64,000 bases of DNA, taken from assembly GCA_023299885.1 (NCBI GenBank), contig JALZUS010000012.1, positions 206-64,205 on the forward strand, written 5' to 3'. The notes beneath the pieces are model-generated. The model had not been told where the DNA came from. It searched no databases and worked only from the letters and a program-made list of their open reading frames with translations. Both the position numbers and the translations under genes were made by a program. This document shows positions 39,163-50,940 of this stretch, piece by piece. Within the stretch, counting starts at the first letter, position 1. Every line of letters begins with the position of its first letter. This DNA comes from Bdellovibrionales bacterium (GTDB taxonomy: Bacteria; Bdellovibrionota; Bdellovibrionia; Bdellovibrionales; UBA1609).

Positions 39163-40732
39163 AAGGACCTCCGGTTACAACAGGCTGAACAGCAAAGTTT
39201 TCATGTATAGGAATTTCGTCAGCTTCCCACTCAAGAGTCTTGGCTCCCCATGGGTTTTTGCCAGCTGGCTTACCTTTAAAAATCGAATGTAAAATTACAG
39301 CTAAAGCTATTAAAAATCCTATACCGATTGTGTAAGCCCCTAAAGTAGAAACCCTATTTAGAAGCTGGTATTCTGGCAAGTAACTATAGTAACGCCTTGG
39401 CATTCCCATCGCACCCAATACAAACTGCGGAAAGAATGTAACGTTAAAGCCTAAAAAGATAAATACAAAAGAAAGCCTAGCGCCAGCTTCGTAATAAAGC
39501 TTACCAAACATTTTTGGGAGCCAATAAAAGAAAGCTCCCATTAATGCCATTAGCGTACCGCCCACCATTACATAGTGAAAGTGAGCTACAACAAAGTAAG
39601 TATCATGAAAGTGAACATCTAAAGCTGTTACTGCTAAGATGATTCCTGTCACTCCACCAATTGTAAATAAAAAGATAAAACCCAAAGCATAAAGCATTGG
39701 TGAATCAAACTTCACAGATCCCTTATAAAGTGTTGCAACCCAGTTAAACGTTTTAATGGCTGTTGGCACACCAACAAGCATTGTTAAGAACGAGAAGATA
39801 ATGCCTGCTAATGATGACTGACCACTCACAAACATATGGTGACCCCAAACAAAGAAACTAACAGCAGCTATACCTAAGCTAGAAAACGCAATCGCCTTAT
39901 AACCAAAGATCACTTTTCTTGAGTAAGTTGTAATTAGCTCACTAATAACACCCATTGCAGGTAAAATCATAATGTAAACGGCTGGGTGAGAATAGAACCA
40001 GAAGAAATGCTGGAACAAGACTGGATCTCCACCAAGCTTAGGATCAAAAACACCAATACCTAAAATACGTTCAGCAGCTAAAAGGAGTAATGTAATCCCC
40101 AGCACAGGCGTTGCAATAATCTGAATAATTGCTGTGGCATAAAGACTCCAAACAAATAATGGCATTCTAAAGAATGTCATTCCTGGAGCTCTTAATTTAT
40201 GGACTGTTACCACAAAGTTAAGACCAGTTAAGATAGAAGAAAAACCCATCACGAAAGCACCAAGCACAAGCCAGAGAGTTCCGTTATCAGTACCTATCGA
40301 GTAAGGAGTATAGAAAGTCCAACCTGTGTCAGCACCATTGTAAATGAGTGACACAAAAGAGATTGCAGCACCTATAATTAAACAATACCAACTCATTAAG
40401 TTTACCCTAGGGAAGGCTACATCTTTTGCGCCTAGCTGCAGCGGCAAGAAGAAGTTACCAAAAATTGCAGGTATACCGGGTATGATTACCATAAAGACCA
40501 TAATAGCCCCATGGAAAGTCATGAATTGATTGTAGACAGCAGCATCGACAATATCTTTACCCGAGCTAAAAAGCTCAGTTCTGATAAGCATGGCAAAGGC
40601 TCCACCTATAGCAAAGAAAATCATAACCGATATCATATACATGACACCAATTCGTTTATGATCTTTAGTTGTTAACCATGACCATAAGCCTGAAGCTTCA
40701 TTTAAATAGTTTTTTCCTGGTGTAGAATACAT
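39149..40732 (-). CDS. ctaD: cytochrome c oxidase subunit I
   Basis: [22 protein letters not shown] and HFHYV heme/CuB ligand motifs. Confidence 0.95.
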
Positions 40733-40747
40733 TTCTTATTACCTCTT

Positions 40748-41755
40748 TTATTTTTTCAACGTTTTAATATATTCAATGATGCCTGATAGCTCATTTTCTT
40801 TAAGTTGGCCTGCAAATGTTGGCATTACACCTTTAGGGTAACCTTTAACAATTTTAGCATTTGGATTCAAAATAGACTCTCGGATATATTCTTCATCTGC
40901 CACCAAAGAGTCAGCTTCATTAAATTCACGAGTTTTACCATAGAGACCACCAAAGCCGGGGCCAATATTTTTCTTCTCTGTTGTTAAATGACACGCAATG
41001 CATCGGCCTTGATAAACTTTTTGACCCACCTGAGCCAAAGACAACCCCTTATAAGGATTGTCTTGGAGCCAAAGCTCAAAATCTGCCTTTGGCAATACTT
41101 TTACTTTTGCTAACATTGCCGAATGATTATCTCCACAATACTCTGTACAGAAAACTTGATACTCACCTACCTTAGGAGCTCTAAACCATAACGTTGTAAA
41201 GCGACCTGGGATTACATCCTGCTTAATTCTAAATGCTGGTATAAAGAAACTATGCAACACATCTCGAGATGTCATAATTAATTTAATATTTGTATCAGCT
41301 GGTACTACAAACTCACCAGATGAAGTCTTGCCACTCTTATATGTAAAGTCCCAATACCATTTTTGACCAGTTACATGGACCTCAAAGGCATCTTTAGGTG
41401 CATTTTGCATTTGGTAGAAAATAACCCAGCCCCATGCAAAAACGATCATAAAGAAAACAAATGGAATAAAACTCCATAAAAATTCTAAAGTAGCATTATG
41501 GGCGATATAAGCCGTTTTTTGGTCTTCAGTTTTTCTTCTTGATTTGTAAGCCAAGTAAATCATTCCACCAATTACTAGTACTGATGAAATAAAACTGATC
41601 ACTAAAAGAAAAGTATAAAGGGTATCAAACTTTTGCGCGATCTCAGTGGCAGCCGGCGGCATAAAGTTGCTCGACTGACTTTCTACTTGGTCAATAGCTG
41701 TGTTTGCCAATGCCTGATTAAAAAATAAGTTCATAAATAGCTCCATAATTAACAT
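40748..41755 (-). CDS. ctaC: cytochrome c oxidase subunit II with a fused C-terminal cytochrome c (caa3 type)
   Basis: CuA site CTEYCGDNHSAM plus heme-c CIACH. The exact start is uncertain. Confidence 0.9.
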   Translation of the reverse strand: MLIMELFMNLFFNQALANTAIDQVESQSSNFMPPAATEIAQKFDTLYTFLLVISFISSVLVIGGMIYLAYKSRRKTEDQKTAYIAHNATLEFLWSFIPFVFFMIVFAWGWVIFYQMQNAPKDAFEVHVTGQKWYWDFTYKSGKTSSGEFVVPADTNIKLIMTSRDVLHSFFIPAFRIKQDVIPGRFTTLWFRAPKVGEYQVFCTEYCGDNHSAMLAKVKVLPKADFELWLQDNPYKGLSLAQVGQKVYQGRCIACHLTTEKKNIGPGFGGLYGKTREFNEADSLVADEEYIRESILNPNAKIVKGYPKGVMPTFAGQLKENELSGIIEYIKTLKK

Positions 41756-41767
41756 AAAGTACGCCTC

Positions 41768-42601
41768 TTATAATGGTTTAAGAGTTTCATGCTTTCTCCA
41801 CATCAAACCCAAAAATAATCCTAAAATTAAAATAGTTAAAAACCCGCCAAGCCTCATAATATTATACGCATATAATGTGTATTTATTCTTACCTGGATTA
41901 AACTGATAACAAAAAAGAAGAGCTTGATCGATTAAACTCCCAATCTTACCTCTAGATGCCTCTACCAAAGAAAGCTTCAATGTGCTGCCAGAAAACATAA
42001 TGCCATGAAGATATCTAGAAATAACTCCTTTATCTGTCACGATATAGGCAGAGGCTGCATGAGCAAATTCACCTGTCTCTTCAACTTTTTTAAACCTAAA
42101 ACCAAACTGATCTGCTAACTTATCAACGTTTTGCTTTGTGCCTGTTAAAAAGTGCCAACCTTGGCCCTTTAGGTTTTTACCATAATCTTCAAGGTAAGCT
42201 TGTTTTTTTTCTGCAGCTAGCTCTGAGTTTTCTGTGTGATCCATACTCACAACAACAAACTCAAACTCTTTACCAGCTTCCCATGCTTTCATGTCATTAA
42301 ACGTGTCATTCAAACCATTTAAATGAAAATTGCATAAGCCCGGGCAATTATAATAAACCATTGTCATCAAGACTGGCTTTGATTTATTGAAATAAGCGCC
42401 TAAAGTGACAGCCTCACCTTTATCATTAACAAACGGAAGCGACATATCTAACTGGCTGCCTGTTTTTTCTGTTACACCAACACCCTGCATAGCTGCTGGT
42501 GTTTCGTCAGACTTAACAGTCACTTGTTTAGTGTCATAAGCTTGAGCCGATAACGAAACTAAAAAAGAAAGTAAAAAGAATTTATTCAGCAGTCTTGGCA
42601 A
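41768..42601 (-). CDS. SCO family copper chaperone
   Basis: CPGLC (CxxxC) in a thioredoxin-like domain. Has a signal peptide and a C-terminal TM segment. Confidence 0.8.
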   Translation of the reverse strand: MPRLLNKFFLLSFLVSLSAQAYDTKQVTVKSDETPAAMQGVGVTEKTGSQLDMSLPFVNDKGEAVTLGAYFNKSKPVLMTMVYYNCPGLCNFHLNGLNDTFNDMKAWEAGKEFEFVVVSMDHTENSELAAEKKQAYLEDYGKNLKGQGWHFLTGTKQNVDKLADQFGFRFKKVEETGEFAHAASAYIVTDKGVISRYLHGIMFSGSTLKLSLVEASRGKIGSLIDQALLFCYQFNPGKNKYTLYAYNIMRLGGFLTILILGLFLGLMWRKHETLKPL

Positions 42602-43124
42602 ACTCTTCTACCTTTGAATCATTATCTTTTGTTTTATCTTTAGTAATCGATCTAATAAAATGAACTAAAGCCCATCTATCATTTTTAGGGATATGAGAAA
42701 AAGCAGCCATTGATGTTCCTTCGATACCTAACTGTAAAGTTTTGTAAAGAGCGATTCTATCTCCTCCGACTTTCCATCCACCCTCTACTAAGTTTCTTGG
42801 TGGAGGATTAAGAGCGCCGCCGGCAGGCCCATCGCCTAAGCCTTTAGCTCCATGGCAAATAGCGCAGTTAGTTTGGTAAACCGTATTTCCGTGGGCCGCA
42901 AGCTCTTCACTTTCAACCCAAGGGTTTTCTACACTTGATACATCGATAGCTTTTTCAACAGCACCGGAAGCAATAGATTGCTCAGCACCCTGAACTCCTT
43001 CAGGTATTTCTTTTAAGTTAATCCCAGGCTGCATAAATGCGACCCAAGCAAAAAAGACAAACGTAAAAACCATACAAAACAAAAAGGCATAAAAACCGTT
43101 TTTGTTATAAGAATCTTGAGACAT
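42582..43124 (-). CDS. membrane-anchored class I cytochrome c
   Basis: N-terminal TM segment and the CAICH heme-binding site. Confidence 0.8.
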   Translation of the reverse strand: MSQDSYNKNGFYAFLFCMVFTFVFFAWVAFMQPGINLKEIPEGVQGAEQSIASGAVEKAIDVSSVENPWVESEELAAHGNTVYQTNCAICHGAKGLGDGPAGGALNPPPRNLVEGGWKVGGDRIALYKTLQLGIEGTSMAAFSHIPKNDRWALVHFIRSITKDKTKDNDSKVEEFAKTAE

Positions 43125-43277
43125 TATCTCACCTCATAGTTGTTTATAATAATTCCGTTACACCATACTACCCGAGGGCTAACAAGTCATTTAGGGGGCG
43201 TCTTTAGGTAGAGGATCATGTATTTTTTTTAATGAAAACTCTTCAATATTTTTTGAAGGCGAGTCGTAAAAAAACAA

Positions 43278-43937
43278 CTAAACAATGGACCTTTGTTTCC
43301 AAGCTAACTTAATAGGCAAACGCCTGGCTTGAGTTACAACAAGATAAGCTTTTACTGGATTGAGACTATATATATTAAGAACACCAAGCTTTATTGAAGC
43401 CACTAACTCTTCAATATCCCACTGAAATTTTGAATCCTTCAATATCTCAACAAGAGCATTTCTGATTTCAGGAGTATCTATCCCCTCTATTGTAAGGTCA
43501 TAGATAAGGCTTCCTTCAGCTGACAACTCCTCATTTGCAAAAGCTTCTATATCACCTAATGGGTTTTGATCTTCAGTATCTTGGCCTTCTTCGGTATCTT
43601 CTGCCATAAAATCAGGCACTTCTTCGACATATTCTTCCTGAGGCTCTTCTGCACTCAAATCTTCTACAGGGTACTCATCTGAAAGCTCTTCATCACCTGA
43701 ATTGAATTCATTTGGATCTTCTTCTACTGATTCCTCTTCTAATTCTTCAAAAAGTGCTACAGCCGGCTCTGCGACTGGCTCTTCAGCAAGCTCCTCATCA
43801 ACCAACTCTTCTGCAGCTGATGAAGCAACTACCACCTCATCGCCAATCAAGACTTGCGCGCCACAAGACCCACACTCTACTAACCCAAAGTCATCTTCCA
43901 GATCAGCTTGGCACTCAGGACAAATTGGTGCGCTCAC
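43278..43937 (-). CDS. zinc-ribbon protein with a strongly acidic linker, unknown function
   Basis: CPEC-x14-CGSC at the N-terminus, an E/D-rich middle and a roughly 80-aa C-terminal domain. Starts 3 nt after the secA stop. Confidence 0.5.
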   Translation of the reverse strand: MSAPICPECQADLEDDFGLVECGSCGAQVLIGDEVVVASSAAEELVDEELAEEPVAEPAVALFEELEEESVEEDPNEFNSGDEELSDEYPVEDLSAEEPQEEYVEEVPDFMAEDTEEGQDTEDQNPLGDIEAFANEELSAEGSLIYDLTIEGIDTPEIRNALVEILKDSKFQWDIEELVASIKLGVLNIYSLNPVKAYLVVTQARRLPIKLAWKQRSIV

Positions 43938-43940
43938 TAA

Positions 43941-46604
43941 TTACCTTTTCCTTTTAGAAGATTTTTCTCTGCGGCGTCTTTCAGCCCTATTAAGCTGCTG
44001 ACCATCATCACTGCCTGGCCCACGATTTGTATTATACGATTGCTCTTGTTGCTTAGCTGCAAAAGGTAAACCTGAAATACCCTCAGCCTCTTCATGCTGA
44101 TAATCAAGATTTTGCTCGTTAACTTGCCTCTGCCTCAAAGCTTCTGCCTGAGATGGATCCACCAACTGTACTTTTAATAGCTTCTCAACAGACTCTGATT
44201 GAATCGTTTGTTTAAGCTCAGTAAAAACTTTAAAAGATTCTTTTTTATACTCTATTAAAGGATCTTTTTGTGCATAACCTCTTAAATGAATACCTTCTTT
44301 TAATTGGTCTATCGCTGCTAAATGCTCTTTCCATCTTGTATCAATTGTCTCTAGAAAAATCATTTTTTGAACCTGATCAAACATAGGTCCCATATGCTTT
44401 TTTTGTTGTTCTACAACAGTCTCAACCATTTCTTTTAATTTTTCTGGAAGATTTTCAGTTCCAAAAGCATGTATATCCTCAGCACTAATTTCTATGCCAA
44501 ACTGCTGAGCTAATGCTACAGACATCCCGTCATAATCCCAATTAGATGTTTTTACAGACTCACTCGCAAATGTATCTAAAATATCCGTAGACACATCTCC
44601 TAACATTTCTTTAAAAAAGCTATCCATGTCTTCGCCCATTAAAACCTGACGACGTTGTTTATAGATAGCATGTCTTTGTTTATTCATAACATCATCGTAG
44701 TCTAATAAGTTTTTACGAATATCAAATTGGTGGCCTTCAACTTTTTTCTGAGCACCTTCGATAGCTCTTGAAACCATACCAGCAACAATAGGCTCATCAT
44801 CCGGCACATTTAATTTGTCCATAATTTTTTGAATACGCTCACCATTAAAAATTCTCATTAAATTATCTTCAAGAGATAAATAAAAACGAGACTCACCTGG
44901 GTCACCTTGCCTCCCAGCACGACCCCTTAACTGGTTATCAATACGACGAGACTCATGCCTCTCTGTACCTATAATATATAGGCCACCAGTATTTTTAACT
45001 TCTTCTTTTTCAGCAGCACACTGGGCTTTGTATTTCACCATAGCTTCTTTAAAAGCTTCAGACTCTTCGTTATCGCCTGCCTCATTGCGTGCCATAAACT
45101 CTGGATTACCACCCAACATAATATCAGTACCACGGCCAGCCATATTGGTTGCAATTGTTACTGAATTTTTACGACCAGCTTGAGCTACAATCTCAGCTTC
45201 TTTTTCATGATGTTTTGCATTTAAAACATTATGAGTAATACCTTTATTTTTTAAGGCTCTACTAATACGCTCTGACATTTCAATACTTGTTGTACCCACT
45301 AAAACAGGCTGCCCGCCTGATTTACGGTCAATAATATCATCAGCAATAGCATTAAACTTTGCATTCTCAGTCTTATAAACTTCATCGTCTTCATCTAAAC
45401 GAGCAATAGGTTTATTTGTAGGTATAACAAATACGCTGAGCTCATAGATTTTTTTAAACTCTACAGCTTCCGTCTCTGCTGTCCCCGTCATACCTGAAAG
45501 CTTTTCATACATTCTAAAGTAGTTCTGAAATGTAATAGTGGCTAAAGTCTGATTTTCACTTTTTATCGTTACACCTTCTTTAGCTTCAACAGCCTGATGC
45601 AAACCTTCACTCCAACGACGGCCATCCATAAGCCTTCCCGTGAATTCATCGATGATGACAATCTCGTTGTCTTTAATCATATAATCTATGTCTTTTTTGA
45701 AAAGATGATGTGCCTTTAAACCTTGGTAAATAAAATGAAGTAGCCCAATATTTTGTGGCTCAAATAAATTACCAACAGCTAAAAGCTCTTCGCATTTATT
45801 GTTACCTTCTTCTGTTAAAGACACTGATTTAGATTTTTCTTCCATCGTGAAATCAACTTCTGGAATTAGTTTAGGTATTAATTTATTGATGTCATAATAC
45901 TTATCTACTGACTCTTCTGAAGGACCTGAAATAATTAAAGGCGTACGCGCTTCATCCACTAAAATAGAATCACACTCATCAATGATGGCATAATTTAATT
46001 TTTTCTGTACATAGTTTTCAATATCAAATTTCATGTTATCGCGCAGATAATCAAAACCAAATTCGTTATTTGTGCCGTAAGTGATATCTGCTCCGTAAGC
46101 TTCTTTTCTTTCTTGATCTGTTTTACCAGCAACAATTGTACCTGTTGTTAAGCCTAGCCAACGATAAAGCTGGCCCATCCACTCTTCATCACGAGAAGCC
46201 AAATAATCATTCACTGTAATAACATGAACACCTTTGCCCGTAATACCATTAAGATAAGTAGCAAGAGTGGCCACAAGGGTTTTACCTTCACCAGTTCTCA
46301 TCTCTGCTATCGAACCACTATGAAGGATAATTCCACCAATCATTTGGACATCATAATGCCTCATGCCTAAAACACGCCAAGCGGCTTCACGACAAACTGC
46401 AAAAGCCTCCGGAAGCATATCATCCAAAGACTCATTATTATTATAGCGATCTCTAAACTCTTGAGTTTTTGCTTTCAACTGATCATCAGTTAACTTTTTG
46501 ATAGCATCTTCAAAGCCATTAATCTTATCAACTATTGGCTGTAATTTTTTAATTTCACGATCATTTTTAGAACCAAACATCTTGGTCAGGGTTTTTTGTA
46601 ACAT
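43941..46604 (-). CDS. secA: preprotein translocase ATPase SecA
   Basis: MRTGEGKT Walker A and DECDSILVDEARTPLIISG. 887 aa. Confidence 0.97.
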   Translation of the reverse strand: MLQKTLTKMFGSKNDREIKKLQPIVDKINGFEDAIKKLTDDQLKAKTQEFRDRYNNNESLDDMLPEAFAVCREAAWRVLGMRHYDVQMIGGIILHSGSIAEMRTGEGKTLVATLATYLNGITGKGVHVITVNDYLASRDEEWMGQLYRWLGLTTGTIVAGKTDQERKEAYGADITYGTNNEFGFDYLRDNMKFDIENYVQKKLNYAIIDECDSILVDEARTPLIISGPSEESVDKYYDINKLIPKLIPEVDFTMEEKSKSVSLTEEGNNKCEELLAVGNLFEPQNIGLLHFIYQGLKAHHLFKKDIDYMIKDNEIVIIDEFTGRLMDGRRWSEGLHQAVEAKEGVTIKSENQTLATITFQNYFRMYEKLSGMTGTAETEAVEFKKIYELSVFVIPTNKPIARLDEDDEVYKTENAKFNAIADDIIDRKSGGQPVLVGTTSIEMSERISRALKNKGITHNVLNAKHHEKEAEIVAQAGRKNSVTIATNMAGRGTDIMLGGNPEFMARNEAGDNEESEAFKEAMVKYKAQCAAEKEEVKNTGGLYIIGTERHESRRIDNQLRGRAGRQGDPGESRFYLSLEDNLMRIFNGERIQKIMDKLNVPDDEPIVAGMVSRAIEGAQKKVEGHQFDIRKNLLDYDDVMNKQRHAIYKQRRQVLMGEDMDSFFKEMLGDVSTDILDTFASESVKTSNWDYDGMSVALAQQFGIEISAEDIHAFGTENLPEKLKEMVETVVEQQKKHMGPMFDQVQKMIFLETIDTRWKEHLAAIDQLKEGIHLRGYAQKDPLIEYKKESFKVFTELKQTIQSESVEKLLKVQLVDPSQAEALRQRQVNEQNLDYQHEEAEGISGLPFAAKQQEQSYNTNRGPGSDDGQQLNRAERRRREKSSKRKR

Positions 46605-46671
46605 CCTATTAAATTGCCAGTTTACCTAAGGAGAATCAACGTACGTAGGGCCACATTTCAAGCAGTAATGC

Positions 46672-47133
46672 TTATTTTGATTGCTGTTGCCTTTGGGCTT
46701 CTGCCAAAACCATAGCCACAGTGTTGGCTAAGTTAAAACTTCTTACCTCTCCAGGGAATTTTATAGTGACCGCATTCTCCCAGTTAGGCTTTAGTACAGT
46801 CTCTTCGTCTAAGCCGCGAGTCTCTTTACCAAATACAAAAGTGTCACCCGGCTTAATATCAACATCGTAAAAGTTTTTCTCAGCTTTAGTCGTAAGATAA
46901 AACCTACGAGACGGCTCGGTTTTATCGCTACCGTAAAACTCTTTAAAATTTTGATAACGATACCATTCTAGTTTTTGCCAGTAATCGAGACCAGCCCTTT
47001 TTAGAGTGCGATCCGAAAGCTCAAAACCAAAAGGCTCGACAAGATGAAGCTTAGAGCTAAACCCCACACATAATCGACCTATATTGCCAGTATTTTGCGG
47101 TATATCTGGCTCTATCAAAGCAATATTAAACAT
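46672..47133 (-). CDS. trmL: tRNA (cytidine/uridine-2'-O)-methyltransferase TrmL (SpoU family)
   Basis: N-terminal IALIEPDIPQNTGNIGRLC. 153 aa. Confidence 0.85.
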   Translation of the reverse strand: MFNIALIEPDIPQNTGNIGRLCVGFSSKLHLVEPFGFELSDRTLKRAGLDYWQKLEWYRYQNFKEFYGSDKTEPSRRFYLTTKAEKNFYDVDIKPGDTFVFGKETRGLDEETVLKPNWENAVTIKFPGEVRSFNLANTVAMVLAEAQRQQQSK

Positions 47134-47154
47134 AAAGATTTAGTACCACATTTA

Positions 47155-47593
<439 letters not shown>

Positions 47594-47617
47594 ATTATAA
47601 AAACCGAAAGGAAAAAT

Positions 47618-49030
47618 ATGTCACCAAAAGAAGTTTTAAAATTTGCAAAAGAGCAAAATGTAAAAATGGTCGACTTTAAGTTTACCGACCTTGTTGGAGC
47701 TTGGCAGCACTTTACCATACCTTTAACAGAGCTCAGTGAAGACACTTTTGAAGACGGACTTGGCTTTGATGGCAGCTCTATTAGAGGATGGAGAGGCATT
47801 GAAAACTCTGACATGATTGTAAAGCCCGACCCAAAAACTGGGATCATTGACCCTTTTATGGACGTGCCAACACTATCTTTTATTTGTGATGTTACTTACC
47901 CAGACACTGGCGAGCCTTACGACAGAGACCCAAGACAAGTAGTTAAAAAAGCTTTAGCTTATTTACAATCAACAGGCTTAGCCGATGCCGCTTACTTTGG
48001 CCCCGAGGCAGAATTCTTTATTTTTGACGATGTACGCTACGAACAACATGCCCATGGCGGTTTTTACCAGGTCGACTCAGAAGAGGCAGCATGGAATACC
48101 GGCCGCGATGAAGGTGGCAACTTAGGCTATAAAATAAAACACAAAGGTGGATACCTACCTGTGATGCCTGCAGATACTCTTCATAACCTAAGGACAGAAA
48201 TGTGTTTAGAGCTAGAGCGCGCTGGAATGCGAGTTGAAAGACAGCATCACGAAGTTGGGACTGCAGGACAAGGTGAAATTGATATTCGCTTTGATGAAAT
48301 ACTTCCTATGGCCGACAAAATGATGTGGTTTAAATATATTATTAGAAATGTAGCTAACCGCTACGGAAAAACAGCCACTTTTATGCCTAAACCGATTTAT
48401 GGCGATAATGGTTCTGGCATGCATACTCATATTTCTTTATGGAAAGATGGCAAGCCATTATTTGCTGGTGATAAATATGCCGGGCTTTCTGAAATGGCAC
48501 TACACTTTATTGGCGGCATCTTAAAACACGCGCCTTCTCTTTGCGCCTTTACTAACCCATCTACTAACTCTTACAAACGATTAGTACCAGGCTTTGAAGC
48601 CCCAATTAAACTGGCTTACAGTTATAAAAATAGGTCTGCAGCCATTCGCATACCTAACTCAGGGCCAGATCCAAAGGCCAAACGTATAGAGTTTAGAACT
48701 CCAGACCCAAGCGCCAATGTTTACTTAGCTTTTGCTGCTCTTTTAATGGCTGGCATCGATGGAATTCAAAATAAAATCCATCCTGGCGACCCACTAGAAA
48801 AAGACATTTACGGCTTAGCTCCTGAGGAAGCTGCCAATGTTCCCTCGGTACCAGCAAGCCTAGAGGAAGCTTTAAGTAATGTTTATGAAGACAATGACTT
48901 TCTACTTAAAGGAGATGTCTTTACAAAAGACCTTATTGAAACTTGGTGTGGCTACAAAATGGAAAATGAAGTGCTACCACTACAACAACGCCCAACGCCT
49001 TATGAGTTTCACCTGTACTACGACATATAG
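47618..49030 (+). CDS. glnA: glutamine synthetase type I
   Basis: [14 protein letters not shown] and [13 protein letters not shown]. 470 aa. Confidence 0.95.
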   Translation: MSPKEVLKFAKEQNVKMVDFKFTDLVGAWQHFTIPLTELSEDTFEDGLGFDGSSIRGWRGIENSDMIVKPDPKTGIIDPFMDVPTLSFICDVTYPDTGEPYDRDPRQVVKKALAYLQSTGLADAAYFGPEAEFFIFDDVRYEQHAHGGFYQVDSEEAAWNTGRDEGGNLGYKIKHKGGYLPVMPADTLHNLRTEMCLELERAGMRVERQHHEVGTAGQGEIDIRFDEILPMADKMMWFKYIIRNVANRYGKTATFMPKPIYGDNGSGMHTHISLWKDGKPLFAGDKYAGLSEMALHFIGGILKHAPSLCAFTNPSTNSYKRLVPGFEAPIKLAYSYKNRSAAIRIPNSGPDPKAKRIEFRTPDPSANVYLAFAALLMAGIDGIQNKIHPGDPLEKDIYGLAPEEAANVPSVPASLEEALSNVYEDNDFLLKGDVFTKDLIETWCGYKMENEVLPLQQRPTPYEFHLYYDI

Positions 49031-49055
49031 TTTTACAAATAACTTTTAACAACTT

Positions 49056-49087
49056 AAAAGCCAGCCTTAATCCGCTGGCTTTTTTTG
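49056..49087 (+). terminator. rho-independent terminator of glnBA
   Basis: AGCCAGC-cttaatcc-GCTGGCT followed by TTTTTTT. Confidence 0.8.
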
Positions 49088-49203
49088 CCTACTTCCTTTG
49101 AGGCTTTTTGAGAAACTCTACATCTTTGCGTTGCAGTATTTAAAACCTAGACTATCGCCCACTTATTGCTGGCCGTAGAATAAAGCCAACAATGGAGTTC
49201 ATT

Positions 49204-49677
49204 ATGAAAAGCCTATTAAGCTTAATCTTTTTATTTTCACTAACAAGCCAGGCTGAAACTATTTACGAATACACAAAGTCTGATAAAGAGGCCACACCCA
49301 TTGCACTTAAAGCTGATGTTATATACCCGCAGTGTAAACCCAATGCCCCTTGCCACCCTATAACTAAGGGCTACAGACTGACTGTAAGAACCGTCTCTTA
49401 TGGTGGCTGCAATAAAGTAGATAGTATTTTTTATAAAGCCAATAGCATTTTTCAGCAGGACCAAGTTATGATTTTTTATACAGTCCAAGATAAAAATGCA
49501 CTTCATATAATTAATGATGAGGGTAAAAAAGAAAAATTATTTTGCCATACCGGGCAAAGTTCTGTGGATATAGAAATTTACTTAGACGCTAAAGACTTTT
49601 ACAGCAGCAAACCCAGACTTGATAACATTGTTATGAGAAAAGAAATTAACCAGTCTAAAAGGGTACAATTTCACTAG
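49204..49677 (+). CDS. secreted hypothetical protein
   Basis: Signal peptide MKSLLSLIFLFSLTSQA. No recognisable motif. Confidence 0.45.
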   Translation: MKSLLSLIFLFSLTSQAETIYEYTKSDKEATPIALKADVIYPQCKPNAPCHPITKGYRLTVRTVSYGGCNKVDSIFYKANSIFQQDQVMIFYTVQDKNALHIINDEGKKEKLFCHTGQSSVDIEIYLDAKDFYSSKPRLDNIVMRKEINQSKRVQFH

Positions 49678-50600
49678 CCGTGAAGGGCCTTTACCAGGCC
49701 TGCATTCCCAACATGTGAAGCTAGAGGTCTATCTACTATTTTTTCTATCCATTTTTTTATCTTTATAAGCTCTGGAATACTAATGCCAGTTTTATAACCC
49801 ATCTCCTGAAGCATATAGACTAAATCTTCAGTAGATAAATTACCTAAAGAACCTGGAGCATAAGGGCACCCACCCAAAGAGCCAATACTTGAATCAAATA
49901 CGGCAATACCTTCTTGTAGACTAGCATAAACATTAGCTAGTGCTGTCCCTCTAGTGTCATGAAAATGCATAGCTATTTTACTTATAGGTATGTTTTTCTT
50001 CTTTAAAGCCTTAATCACTAACTTAACTTGCTTAGGCGTTGCCACCCCAATAGTGTCACCAATCGAAACTTCATACACACCTTTATCTATAAGCTTTTTT
50101 GCAAGGCTAGCCACCTTAGCAGGTGAAATTTTACCATCATAAGGGTCACCAAAGGCCATACTCAGGTAACCACGTACTTTAATTTTATGTTTTTTTGAAG
50201 CGACAATTACATCATCAAAACGTTTAAAGCTTTCGGCCACCGAACAATTAATATTTCTTTGAGAAAAAGCTTCAGAACAAGAGCCAAAGATAGCAATCTC
50301 TTTGATATCTGTTTTTATAGCAGCTTCAAAGCCTTTCATATTAGGAACAAGACATGAGTACTTTATATTTTTTTTAAGTGCGCCCTTTTTTTGCTTTTTT
50401 AAAATTGAATTTATAACTTTATCTGATGAGTCCATTTGAGGAACCCACTTAGGAGATACAAAAGCCCCTATTTCGATATTTTTTAAGCCCGCTTTGGAAA
50501 GCTTTTCTATAAATTTAATACGAGTAGCAACAGATATTGTTTTTTTTTCGTTTTGCAGGCCATCTCTTGCCCCGACTTCTACAATTTTAATTGTCTTCAT
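49674..50600 (-). CDS. liuE: hydroxymethylglutaryl-CoA lyase
   Basis: VGARDGLQNE, plus His ligands in HFHDTRG. Confidence 0.9.
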   Translation of the reverse strand: MKTIKIVEVGARDGLQNEKKTISVATRIKFIEKLSKAGLKNIEIGAFVSPKWVPQMDSSDKVINSILKKQKKGALKKNIKYSCLVPNMKGFEAAIKTDIKEIAIFGSCSEAFSQRNINCSVAESFKRFDDVIVASKKHKIKVRGYLSMAFGDPYDGKISPAKVASLAKKLIDKGVYEVSIGDTIGVATPKQVKLVIKALKKKNIPISKIAMHFHDTRGTALANVYASLQEGIAVFDSSIGSLGGCPYAPGSLGNLSTEDLVYMLQEMGYKTGISIPELIKIKKWIEKIVDRPLASHVGNAGLVKALHG

Positions 50601-50940
50601 TAAATGTCACCAAATCTTGCCCTAGGCTTACTGCATCGTCTTCTTTACAGTGAATAACAACAATACCATCTCGGCCAGCTTTAAGCTTATATTCCATCTT
50701 CATAGCTTCCATTATCACCAAAACATCTCCGGTTTTTACCTGGCTATCACTTTTTACGCTGACTTTAATAATTTTACCGGGCATAGGAGCTTTAATGAAG
50801 TCTACATTCACCTCTGCAGAAGAGGCAGAAGCTATTTGCGATTCATCTACATGCTTATAGGTTTTACCATCCACATGAAACCACAAGGCGCCATTTATTT
50901 TTTGCGCATAAATATGTTTTCCATCTATTAAATACTTCAT
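50587..50940 (-). CDS. biotin carboxyl carrier (biotinyl/lipoyl domain) protein, split from the carboxylase alpha subunit
   Basis: EAMKME biotinylation motif. ATG at 50940 overlaps the upstream TAA by 1 nt (TAATG). Confidence 0.8.
   Translation of the reverse strand: MKYLIDGKHIYAQKINGALWFHVDGKTYKHVDESQIASASSAEVNVDFIKAPMPGKIIKVSVKSDSQVKTGDVLVIMEAMKMEYKLKAGRDGIVVIHCKEDDAVSLGQDLVTFNEDN

Noticed and set aside
43702-44001. Two + strand ORFs (99 and 81 aa) opposite the acidic zinc-ribbon gene
   Set aside because: They are antisense readings of an E/D-rich coding region (S/A-rich products) and span the secA stop junction. There is no RBS.
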